DNA from: an uncultured Verrucomicrobiae bacterium
GTDB lineage: Bacteria > Verrucomicrobiota > Verrucomicrobiia > Chthoniobacterales > UBA10450
Direction: 5' to 3'
NCBI GenBank assembly: GCA_963735805.1
Contig: CAVTMK010000004.1
Coordinates: forward strand, 128,001 to 192,000
Length of the DNA: 64,000 bases
Both the position numbers and the translations under genes were made by a program. Shown here in pieces: positions 1 through 8,180 of this stretch. Each line of letters opens with the position of its first letter. The stretch's first letter is position 1. The notes beneath the pieces are model-generated. The model was not told where the DNA came from. It was given only the letters and a program-made list of their open reading frames with translations, and searched no databases.

Positions 1-136
1 AATAGCGAAGGAGAGCGCGAGAACCGGCCGGACCGTGCGCGAAATCGCCCGCGAAAAAAGAGTCTTGCCCGAAAAAGAACTGGAGCGCGCTCTCGATCCG
101 GTCAAAATGACCGAGCCAGCCGGCAAAGAAGCTTAG
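1..136 (+). CDS. fumC: Class II fumarate hydratase / aspartase family, C-terminal fragment (5' truncated by window)
   Basis: Manual translation from nt 2: IAKESARTGRTVREIAREKRVLPEKELERALDPVKMTEP...TAG, matching the typical FumC/AspA C-terminus. Confidence 0.75.
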   Translation, partial: IAKESARTGRTVREIAREKRVLPEKELERALDPVKMTEPAGKEA

Positions 137-159
137 GTTTACTGTTCCGACGGCAGACA

Positions 160-534
160 ATGGTTGCAAAACTCGAAGGCCCGCAATTCTCCGGCGGAGC
201 GAACATAGCGATCAAATGCCCCGGCCACATTTATGACCAGACCGTCTCCTTTTATCGTGACACCCTCGGGCTGCCTTTGATCGAGGAAGAAAAAGATGGC
301 TGCATTTTCCAGTTCGGCCCAAATCGGCTGTGGATCGATAAGGTACCGAACCTAAGTCATCCGGACATCTGGCTGGAGTTGGAAACAAACGACACCGAAG
401 CTGCCGCGTCTTTTTTGAAAGTGCATGGCGTGACACGGTGCGACGAAGTTGAGCAACTCAGCGAGGATTTCAACGGCTTCTTTGTTTCTGCGCCGAGCGG
501 CGTGATCCATCTCGTCGTCGGGCCCGAGCCTTAG
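160..534 (+). CDS. VOC/glyoxalase family protein
   Basis: 124 aa; 'TVSFYRDTLGLP' and a paired beta-alpha-beta pattern. Confidence 0.75.
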   Translation: MVAKLEGPQFSGGANIAIKCPGHIYDQTVSFYRDTLGLPLIEEEKDGCIFQFGPNRLWIDKVPNLSHPDIWLELETNDTEAAASFLKVHGVTRCDEVEQLSEDFNGFFVSAPSGVIHLVVGPEP

Positions 535-548
535 GCAAATGTAAACAT

Positions 549-575
549 CAACATCGTTACAACGGTGTTGTTTTT
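549..575 (+). terminator. Putative intrinsic terminator
   Basis: CAACATCGTT/AACGGTGTTG stem followed by a T-run, between convergent genes. Confidence 0.5.
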
Positions 576-602
576 AGCCTCTAACGCTTTTGGTGAATAA
601 CT

Positions 603-1802
603 TCAGTGTTGAGCGCCACGCCATCGTCCGACCCATGTGCTCCAACCGTAAAAGCCAAGTGGTTCTAAACTACCCGCCGCGGCTAGCGCATCGACGTCGG
701 AACGGCTCGGTGTAATTTTTGCGTTCGAATCGGTACCGTAATAATCGTCGATTACCATCCAACAATCTTCGTCAAGCCTGTCACGGTAACACTGAATGTC
801 ACGTTGTTTCGCAGCATCTGCGTCGAGAATTAATAGTCCGATTTTGTCCGACCCCAGCGCTGCGTTGACTGCGCGTTTTGTTGCGGCGTCAAAGGAACGG
901 CCCTTGATAAGAGTGACCATTTCCGATACGCCTTGCTTGGCGAGATTCCGTTCCAGATCGCGGAAAATATTGCGCGTACCGAGCCGCTTGTGTTTGATGC
1001 TGCCGCCGGGTTCAATGGCAATGAGCTTCTTCGGTACTCCCGAATCGCGTATGCCAAATGCCGCAGCGATCGTGGCTCCTCCAACGAAAGCGCCGATCTC
1101 AAGAATGTTGCCAGAGCAAATTTTGGCGAAGTGGTAAATAAGAATCAAAACGTCCAGGTGCAACATGGAATATTTGTCCCGGATCTTCAGCAGTTTGGAA
1201 TGAATTGCCTCGTGCCGATACTGCATCAGCAAGTACATGAGGTTGAGGTTATCGCCAAGTTGGCTGGTGACTTGGGATTGCACCGACGACCTCGCGATCG
1301 GCTTGAAGCGCGCCGGACAATGCCGCCCCATGGCCACGAGGTCGTGATCGACGCCATCGAGTCGCGCGACAGAAGGAAAAAAACCCCATCGCTCGAAGCC
1401 AAGACGCTGAAACAACGTCAAGCTTGGCTCGTTATGCCCGAATATCAGACCGATCAGGGCCGTGATACCCAGCGACGGGGCGCTGGCAATCGCCTGTTCC
1501 AACAGTCGACGACCCACGCCGCGATGCCGGAATTTTTCATCGACGTAAACACTGATCTCGGCTGTGCCGCGATACGCACAGCGTGGCAGGAATTTTTTGA
1601 AATCCAGCCAACCGATCACACAACCTTCCGACTCTGCAACCCAGAAGGGATATTGCCCCGGCGAATGTTCGCTGAACCACGGCAACCGCGCTTCGACTGT
1701 GGTCGGTTCTAGCTCGGCCGTCACCAGGCGTGTCGGCACAGTGGCATTATAAATCTGCACGATGGCCGGCAAATCCGCCTCCAGAGCATCACGGATAATC
1801 AT
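603..1802 (-). CDS. GNAT (YncA/Pat-like) N-acetyltransferase fused to class I SAM-dependent methyltransferase
   Basis: N-half: IRDALEADLPAIVQIYN...EISVYV...RGVGRRLL...HNEPSLTLFQRLGF. C-half: ILEIGAFVGG, LILDAD, MVIDDY. ATG at 1802 chosen as the likely start. Confidence 0.75.
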   Translation of the reverse strand: MIIRDALEADLPAIVQIYNATVPTRLVTAELEPTTVEARLPWFSEHSPGQYPFWVAESEGCVIGWLDFKKFLPRCAYRGTAEISVYVDEKFRHRGVGRRLLEQAIASAPSLGITALIGLIFGHNEPSLTLFQRLGFERWGFFPSVARLDGVDHDLVAMGRHCPARFKPIARSSVQSQVTSQLGDNLNLMYLLMQYRHEAIHSKLLKIRDKYSMLHLDVLILIYHFAKICSGNILEIGAFVGGATIAAAFGIRDSGVPKKLIAIEPGGSIKHKRLGTRNIFRDLERNLAKQGVSEMVTLIKGRSFDAATKRAVNAALGSDKIGLLILDADAAKQRDIQCYRDRLDEDCWMVIDDYYGTDSNAKITPSRSDVDALAAAGSLEPLGFYGWSTWVGRWRGAQH

Positions 1803-1863
1803 TTTGCACGAGGACACTTTTGCGCTGCCGGCAGGTTTTGACAGCCTCCGCACGTATTCGTCT

Positions 1864-3294
1864 TCACGGCTTACGTTTCTTACTGGGGCTTGGGGTTACG
1901 GACGGTGAACTCGCCGGCGTACGCACCGAATCGGTCGCGATACTCGCTGCCGGACTGGGACTGGAAATGGGAAATGCAAATGCAGGCGACGCCAAGGCAG
2001 ACGATGTAGTTGATGCGGTTGGCGTCGGAGACGGTGTCCCGCCTACGGGAGAAGAGCTCGGCGCTGGAGTGGGAGTAGGCGACGGCGGGATGATATTTTC
2101 CCAGTGATGCAGAGCTACATTCGCGCCGCCGATTTCTTTTACTAACGCTTCGCAGCGCGCCTGAAGTTTTTCCAAATCCAGAGGGCCAAATGGTTTGTCA
2201 GCGGTTTCGGGAAAGATCAGATACGTTACCTTGAGATCGCTTACCGGGCGATTGTAAGGCGTCGAAAGCGTGTTGATCTCTTTTGCAATTCGCAACGATG
2301 CCTCGCCGACTTTGTCGTTTGGCCCGATATCGCCGACGAGGGCCGGGTAAACCGAGTTACCAAAAATCACCAGCGCGTAGTCGCCGGGTTTGATCGGGTC
2401 GCTTCCGTGCATAAATGCACCCGGCACCACAATAAACGGATCGGTCGCACCGATCAGAAAACTGTACTTTTTTAACGTTCCGATTTCCGCACGCAACTGT
2501 GCGATCACGTTGCGCAAATCACGTTTGCGGGAAGCAGTTGTGGTTGAAAGAGCTAGCTCAGTTTCTGCGCGTCTCAATGCGTCTTCATTGCCCGCGAGGT
2601 ATGGATTAGGCGCGGACGTTTTCTTGAGCCACCGATAACTGGTGGACGGCTTGAAATTTGTCGGCGACCCAGTGCCGATCGGCATTCGATCCGCGTCAGA
2701 GCCATCCGCGTCGACATCCATGTCCGCCTGGACCAGGAGCGCTTTTCGGTGTGTTTCAGGATGCTGAAGCTGCAACACAGTTTGGCAATCGAAAAAGTTA
2801 TGCCGCGAGAGAAGCAAATCGAGGCGAGCCAGCTTTTCACGTAGCATTCTGACTTTTGTATCGTAAAGCTGAGCGTAGAGCGGCGAAACTGGATCGGGTG
2901 CCAGCATGGTCGCCAATCCGGGCAAAAGCGTCGGTAATTGGGGACTGACTTTGGCCAACTCTTCAAGGGTTTTGTTCGGCGAAGGTACGCGTGCCTTCAA
3001 TTTTAGGTCGAGCACATAGCTGTCTGGCTCGACACGCTCGGTCATCGCATCGGCACCGGTTGACGTCTCGACGGTTGAATGGAGTGTGATGCCGTTGAAC
3101 AATTTGCCGGTATCCAGTTTCCCGGTGATCAGGGCCTGTGGTGTGGGGCTGGGTGTCGGGGTCACGATCACTTCCACCGGCGCAACGTGCTGCAGGCGCT
3201 CGAGCGACACCCAGCGGTAAACAATGGCCGCGAATAGAGCGCCGAAAATCACCAGCACCAGCCGCCGCCACGTCCGCAGACGAATTGTTCCCAC
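1864..3294 (-). CDS. Glycoside hydrolase family 75 (chitosanase-like) with N-terminal TM anchor and Pro/Thr/Ser-rich tail
   Basis: DMDVDADG, DPFIVVPG, ALVGDIGP and GEAS motifs; PT repeats. Confidence 0.7.
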   Translation of the reverse strand: MGTIRLRTWRRLVLVIFGALFAAIVYRWVSLERLQHVAPVEVIVTPTPSPTPQALITGKLDTGKLFNGITLHSTVETSTGADAMTERVEPDSYVLDLKLKARVPSPNKTLEELAKVSPQLPTLLPGLATMLAPDPVSPLYAQLYDTKVRMLREKLARLDLLLSRHNFFDCQTVLQLQHPETHRKALLVQADMDVDADGSDADRMPIGTGSPTNFKPSTSYRWLKKTSAPNPYLAGNEDALRRAETELALSTTTASRKRDLRNVIAQLRAEIGTLKKYSFLIGATDPFIVVPGAFMHGSDPIKPGDYALVIFGNSVYPALVGDIGPNDKVGEASLRIAKEINTLSTPYNRPVSDLKVTYLIFPETADKPFGPLDLEKLQARCEALVKEIGGANVALHHWENIIPPSPTPTPAPSSSPVGGTPSPTPTASTTSSALASPAFAFPISSPSPAASIATDSVRTPASSPSVTPSPSKKRKP

Positions 3295-3298
3295 GCGA

Positions 3299-3616
3299 TT
3301 ATTTTTTTACCCAGGCAACAATTACCGCGATGATCCCAATCACACTCAGGATCGACATCATCCCCGCAGGCATGACTCTTCCCGTTCGTATGAATTTGGG
3401 GACGAACTGTGCGGCGAGCAAAAGCGAGACGATAAGTGCGGTTGCCAACCCGATTGTGTGGTGTTCCGGAAGCAGGAATGCGGCTACAATTAGCAGCACC
3501 CCTGTGATTGCTCCGGCAATAATTGACGCGGCGCTGCCTGCTTTTACGTAACCAACGACTCCCCCGGCGATCGTCAAAATACCGAAAACAAGAAGATAAA
3601 TTTTCGCTGCTTCCAT
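3299..3616 (-). CDS. TMEM14 family small membrane protein
   Basis: GGVVGYVKAGSAASIIAG...MPAG motif, 105 aa, hydrophobic. Confidence 0.85.
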   Translation of the reverse strand: MEAAKIYLLVFGILTIAGGVVGYVKAGSAASIIAGAITGVLLIVAAFLLPEHHTIGLATALIVSLLLAAQFVPKFIRTGRVMPAGMMSILSVIGIIAVIVAWVKK

Positions 3617-3747
3617 TTAACTACGACTGGCGCATTGGTAAGCCAACAGCTCTGCGCTGTCCAGTGGTCGTTGCAATGACGTGTCGGTCGGATCGGTGAC
3701 TAGCCCATTCCTTAAGCCGCGAAGGCAGATTCCGGCTACAGCAGATG

Positions 3748-3960
3748 CTATGTAGCGTCATTATAAAATTCAATCTGCCGCCCCCCGAGACGACGTATCA
3801 CGCGCCAGCCGTGACCTTTTGCAAACTCTCTAATGTCCGAGTCGGACATCTCTCGCAGAACTCGAAGCTCCGCAGATTGCGTCACCAGGTACTCAGGTTT
3901 GATCGACAGCATCCTCGCGATCTTTTCGGCGACAGCTGACAAATGTCCATGCATGGCCAT
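3748..3960 (-). CDS. Hypothetical protein
   Basis: 70 aa ORF with a plausible RBS (AAGGGA) just upstream, co-oriented with neighbours. Confidence 0.55.
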   Translation of the reverse strand: MAMHGHLSAVAEKIARMLSIKPEYLVTQSAELRVLREMSDSDIREFAKGHGWRVIRRLGGRQIEFYNDAT

Positions 3961-4204
3961 TCCCTTCTAACGACTGGTCGCGCGATTCACGGCGTTGGCA
4001 ATTTTTTTCGCGAACAGGCGCGGTGACCGCTTCGATTTTCGACTTAAAACGTGGCCCAAGGCACAGTGCGCCTTACGAATTGGCGAAGGGCCGCGTGCGC
4101 TTGGTTTTTCCATATCAGCAGGGAAATTGAACCGGGGGGTGGGAAATGCGAACGGGCTTTCTTGCGCAACTGGCGCGCCCCTTCTGATTGGCTAGGTTTT
4201 GCAA

Positions 4205-5434
4205 ATGGTTTCGGAAACGATCGAGCTGCGTGGGCATATTATTGATTCCCTTATTTTGCCCAAGATTCTGGATCAAATTCTGACTCATGGCGCTACATTT
4301 AAGATCGGCGAGATCAGTATCGGGGAAAGACGTGCGGACCAGAGCTTCGCGCGGATTGAAGTGTCCGCGGAGACTAGCGAAGCGCTTGACGAACTGGTGC
4401 TGCGGCTTCGCCAGCATGGAGCCGAAGTGGTTGAACGTGCAAACGTACAACTCGCAAAGGCTCCCGCGGACGGAGTGTTTCCCAGCGATTTCTACGTTAC
4501 AACCAATCAGCAGACATTCGTTCGCTTTGGCAGTAAGGAACTCGAGGTGCGCCCTGCAATGATCAATAGCGCAATAGCGCTTGATCGAAAAAAAGGAACT
4601 GCCCGGGCAGTCAAATTCTTTGACGTTAACAAGGGAGACGAAATCGTGGTCGGTCACCAAGGAATACGCGTGGTACCCTTGCAGCGTTCAACGACGCACA
4701 CCGATCTCTTTCAATTCATTAATACGATTGTTGATGCCGACGAACCAAAATCAGCCATCGTTCGCGAATTAGGTGAGGAGTTACGGCGAGCACACGCAGC
4801 GGAAGGCAAAATCGCGATTGTTGCCGGGCCTGCGATTGTGCGAACCGGCGCGGGTCATCATTTGGTTCGCCTGATTGAACGGGGTTTTGTTAATCGTCTT
4901 TTCGCCGGAAATTCATTTGCGGCATACGATGTAGAGCGCGCCCTATACGGCACCTCGTTGGGAGTGAGCCCCGACCTTGCCTTTGCGCGAGGTGGACATG
5001 AGAACCATCTGCGCGCCATCAATACCATTCGCGAGGCCGGTGGAATTAGTGCCGCCGTTCGGAAAAAAATCCTCTCGTGCGGCGTCATGCATGCCTGCGT
5101 CCGCCACGGCGTAGACATTGTACTGACTGGAGCGATTCGTGATGAGGGACCGGTTCCCGGCGTCATAACAGACGTAATTGAGGCCCAAAAAATCATGCGA
5201 CAGAAGCTCGCCGATGTAACTCATGTGATGCTGCTGGCCGCGGTCCAGCGTTCGCTCGCAGTGGCCAGCATGCTCGCGCCCACTGCAAAAACAGTATGTG
5301 TCGACATCGATCCTACCGCGGTGGAAAGAGCGGTTGAACATCAGCCCCTACAATCGATCGGCCTGGTCACGGACGTGGAACCGTTTCTGCAGGAGCTGGC
5401 TGATTATCTTACTGAGTCTCGCGTTCGCGAGTAG
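4205..5434 (+). CDS. TIGR00300 / LOR-SDH-domain protein (ornithine cyclodeaminase-like, ArgZ C-terminal-like), divergent
   Basis: ETIELRGHIIDSLILPKILD, APADGVFPSDFYVTTN, IRDEGPVP, GLVTDVEPFL. Confidence 0.8.
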   Translation: MVSETIELRGHIIDSLILPKILDQILTHGATFKIGEISIGERRADQSFARIEVSAETSEALDELVLRLRQHGAEVVERANVQLAKAPADGVFPSDFYVTTNQQTFVRFGSKELEVRPAMINSAIALDRKKGTARAVKFFDVNKGDEIVVGHQGIRVVPLQRSTTHTDLFQFINTIVDADEPKSAIVRELGEELRRAHAAEGKIAIVAGPAIVRTGAGHHLVRLIERGFVNRLFAGNSFAAYDVERALYGTSLGVSPDLAFARGGHENHLRAINTIREAGGISAAVRKKILSCGVMHACVRHGVDIVLTGAIRDEGPVPGVITDVIEAQKIMRQKLADVTHVMLLAAVQRSLAVASMLAPTAKTVCVDIDPTAVERAVEHQPLQSIGLVTDVEPFLQELADYLTESRVRE

Positions 5435-5445
5435 CTTCGAACGTT

Positions 5446-6252
5446 ATGCGCGAATTGCTTCTCTGTCCGCCCAATCACTACGGCATCGAGTACGAGATCA
5501 ATCCCTGGATGAGCCGTGCACGCGGCGCTGAGGTGGCCTTGGCGCAAAAGCAGTGGGAACAATTACACGCGGCACTTTCAAACTTGGATTGTGAGGTCCA
5601 TTTGATTAAGCCGCAACCGGGACTTCCCGATATGGTCTTTACGGCCAACGCTGGACTAACGGTTGGCCGCAAATTCATTCCCAGCAATTTCCGTCACAAA
5701 GAGCGTGCCGGCGAGCAGCCGTTTTTCGCGAAATGGATGGAAGAACGCTGTTATGACGTGAAGTGGTTGCCGGAGAACCTCTATTTCGAGGGCGAAGGCG
5801 ATGCTCTCTTCGGTGGCGACGCGCTTTTTTGCGGCTACAAATTTCGTTCGGACATTCAATCTCATCGTGCCTTGGCTGACATTCTTGGCTGTCTCGTCAT
5901 CTCGGTAGAACTGGTCGATCCGCGCTTTTATCATCTGGACACCTGCTTTTGCCCACTGCCGGATGGAGCGGCGTTTTGGTTTCCGTCTGCCTTCGATGAT
6001 TACGGCCAGCGCGCAATTCGCGAACATGTCACCGATTTGATTGATGTTTTGCCGGAGGAAGCGACGCACTTTTCATGCAACGCGGTTATCATCGAACGCG
6101 ACATTGTCCTACCTGAAGGTGCACCGCGCCTCGTCGCGACGTTGCAAGACCGCGGCTATCGCTGTCACCAACTGCCGATGAGCGAATTCATCAAAGCCGG
6201 CGGGGCCTGCAAATGTCTCACCATGTTTATGCCCCAGAGAGAAAAGTGTTGA
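5446..6252 (+). CDS. Amidinotransferase-fold protein (arginine dihydrolase / ArgZ N-terminal-like)
   Basis: YEINPWM, LPDMVFTANAG, FEGEGD, FYHLDTCFCPL, SEFIKAGGACKCLT. Confidence 0.85.
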   Translation: MRELLLCPPNHYGIEYEINPWMSRARGAEVALAQKQWEQLHAALSNLDCEVHLIKPQPGLPDMVFTANAGLTVGRKFIPSNFRHKERAGEQPFFAKWMEERCYDVKWLPENLYFEGEGDALFGGDALFCGYKFRSDIQSHRALADILGCLVISVELVDPRFYHLDTCFCPLPDGAAFWFPSAFDDYGQRAIREHVTDLIDVLPEEATHFSCNAVIIERDIVLPEGAPRLVATLQDRGYRCHQLPMSEFIKAGGACKCLTMFMPQREKC

Positions 6253-6296
6253 GCTTTAGGTTTTAAGCGATGAGTAACGTTTCGCCTAAAACTCAA
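6249..6296. terminator. Possible bidirectional terminator
   Basis: Imperfect inverted repeat TTGAGcTTTAGG...CCTAAAaCTCAA between convergent genes. Confidence 0.35.
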
Positions 6297-6299
6297 AAG

Positions 6300-8060
6300 T
6301 TAAGACTTCCCGCGCTTCGCCTGTAGCGCCCTCTCAATCTTGGCAAGCGGTAGGCAATTCATTACATCTGCCTTAGTCAGCCAGCCTTTGCGCGCGATCC
6401 CGATTCCGAACCACAAATCTTGCAGTCGTTCCGTTCGATGCGCGTCCGGATTGATCACGCATTTCACTCCTTTTTGTTTCGCTAACGGCCACCAGCGCCA
6501 GTCGAGATCCAAGCGTTTCGGTGCGGCGTTAAGTTCAATCCATGTGCCTGTACGCACCGCCGCATCGAGAATTTTCGGGATATCAATTTGATAGGGATCT
6601 CGTTTCAGGAGCAATCGACCGGTGGGATGCGCCAGCATCGTAACGAACGGATTCTCCATTGCGCGGATCACACGACTGGTCATGTCCGTTTCACTCAAGT
6701 TGAAAACGGAATGAACAGACGCAACCACGTAATCGAGCTCTGACAAAACTTCGTCGGAAAAATCGAGCGAACCATCACGCAGAATATCGCATTCCACACC
6801 CGCAAAGAGACGAAAACCGCCCAACTTCTTATTTAAGGTCCGAATGCTGGTGAGTTGGGAGCGCAGCTTTGCTTCGTCGATTCCATGGGCCTGGGTCGAG
6901 CTACGGCTATGGTCTGCGATTCCGAGATACTCAAGTCCCAGATCTTGCGCAGCGTCCGCCATCTCCTCGATGGAATTGTGTCCGTCGCTTGCAGTGGTGT
7001 GACAATGAAAAGCACCGCGCAAGTTTTCCTTCTCAATCAATTTTGGCAGTGCATGGTTTTCGGCGGCTTCGAATTCACCCCAATTTTCCCGTAACTCGGC
7101 CGGAATAAAATCGAGATCGACCGCGCGATAGACGCCGGCTTCATCGTGCACCATTGGAATTTTCCTAATCGGCCTTTTCTTTTTCGCTTTCGGATCTACC
7201 GGGAGTGGAGCAAGTCGATATTCGTTGAGCGTCCAACCACGTTGCAGCGCACGGCCACGTAATTCGATGTTGTGTTCCTTGTTTCCGGTGAAATAAGCGA
7301 GCGCGAAAGGATACTCAGTCGTATTCACCACTCGCAGGTCGCACTGCACTCCCGATCGGAGTCGCACGCTCGATTTGGTGGGGCCTTGCGCAATAATCGA
7401 TTCTACCAGCGGATGGGAGACAAAAAATTTGGTGATGCTGTCTGGTTTCTTTGTCGCCACCAAAAGATCCAAATCGTGTACGATTTCTTTTCGCCGCCGA
7501 TAACTTCCAGCCAGATCGACCTGCAAAGCGTCGCTATGCGCCGCAAGATCAGACCGTAATGATTCCGCCTCCGATGCGACCTGCCCGAATTGGAACGAAC
7601 CGGCGTACGCGGCGCGTTTTGCAATGATGTCGCAAAGCTTTTGCTGGGTTGTTTCGCCAAAACCCGGCAATTCAGCGACACGCCCGGTTTCGCACGCCTT
7701 CTGCAACAGCTCGATGGAGCTGATTTGAAGTTTGTCGTGGAGAGCCTTGATCTTCTTAGCGCCAAGCCCCGGCAGTGAAAACAATTCGAAAATTCCGGGC
7801 GGGAATTCCGTGCTCAATTCCTGCAAATACTTTAGCGATCCGGTCGCCGCGAGTTCCTTGATCTTGAGAGCAATACTCTTCCCAATTCCTGGAATTTTCG
7901 AGAGCGCCTCTTCATCCTGAAAATTTGTCACATTCCCGCCAAAAGTTTCGATCGCACGCGCAGCATTTGTGTAAGCCCTAATTTTGAAAGGGTTTTCGTT
8001 CTTCAATTCAAGCAGCGTAGCGACTTGCTCCAACACGCCAGCGATTTCCTCTTTCGTCAT
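6300..8060 (-). CDS. polX: DNA polymerase X / PHP 3'-5' exonuclease
   Basis: ENPFKIRAY, HhH IPGIGK, GSYRRRKE, DLD, CDLR, YFTG; PHP motifs HCHT..SDG, ADHS, AHP, PDAH. Start taken at MTKEEIA. Confidence 0.92.
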   Translation of the reverse strand: MTKEEIAGVLEQVATLLELKNENPFKIRAYTNAARAIETFGGNVTNFQDEEALSKIPGIGKSIALKIKELAATGSLKYLQELSTEFPPGIFELFSLPGLGAKKIKALHDKLQISSIELLQKACETGRVAELPGFGETTQQKLCDIIAKRAAYAGSFQFGQVASEAESLRSDLAAHSDALQVDLAGSYRRRKEIVHDLDLLVATKKPDSITKFFVSHPLVESIIAQGPTKSSVRLRSGVQCDLRVVNTTEYPFALAYFTGNKEHNIELRGRALQRGWTLNEYRLAPLPVDPKAKKKRPIRKIPMVHDEAGVYRAVDLDFIPAELRENWGEFEAAENHALPKLIEKENLRGAFHCHTTASDGHNSIEEMADAAQDLGLEYLGIADHSRSSTQAHGIDEAKLRSQLTSIRTLNKKLGGFRLFAGVECDILRDGSLDFSDEVLSELDYVVASVHSVFNLSETDMTSRVIRAMENPFVTMLAHPTGRLLLKRDPYQIDIPKILDAAVRTGTWIELNAAPKRLDLDWRWWPLAKQKGVKCVINPDAHRTERLQDLWFGIGIARKGWLTKADVMNCLPLAKIERALQAKRGKS

Positions 8061-8180
8061 CAATAAAACGGTTAACCCAGATTGCTGCGTCGTCGATAGT
8101 CGAGTGACGACTCCACTACTGCCCGCCCCGAACAGGGTATATTGGCCGAACAATAAGAGCTTAAACCGAAGCGGCCGGTC

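Noticed and set aside
6300..8060. Catalytically inactive PolX variant
   Set aside because: DLD plus the third Asp (CDLR) and the PHP ligands are all present
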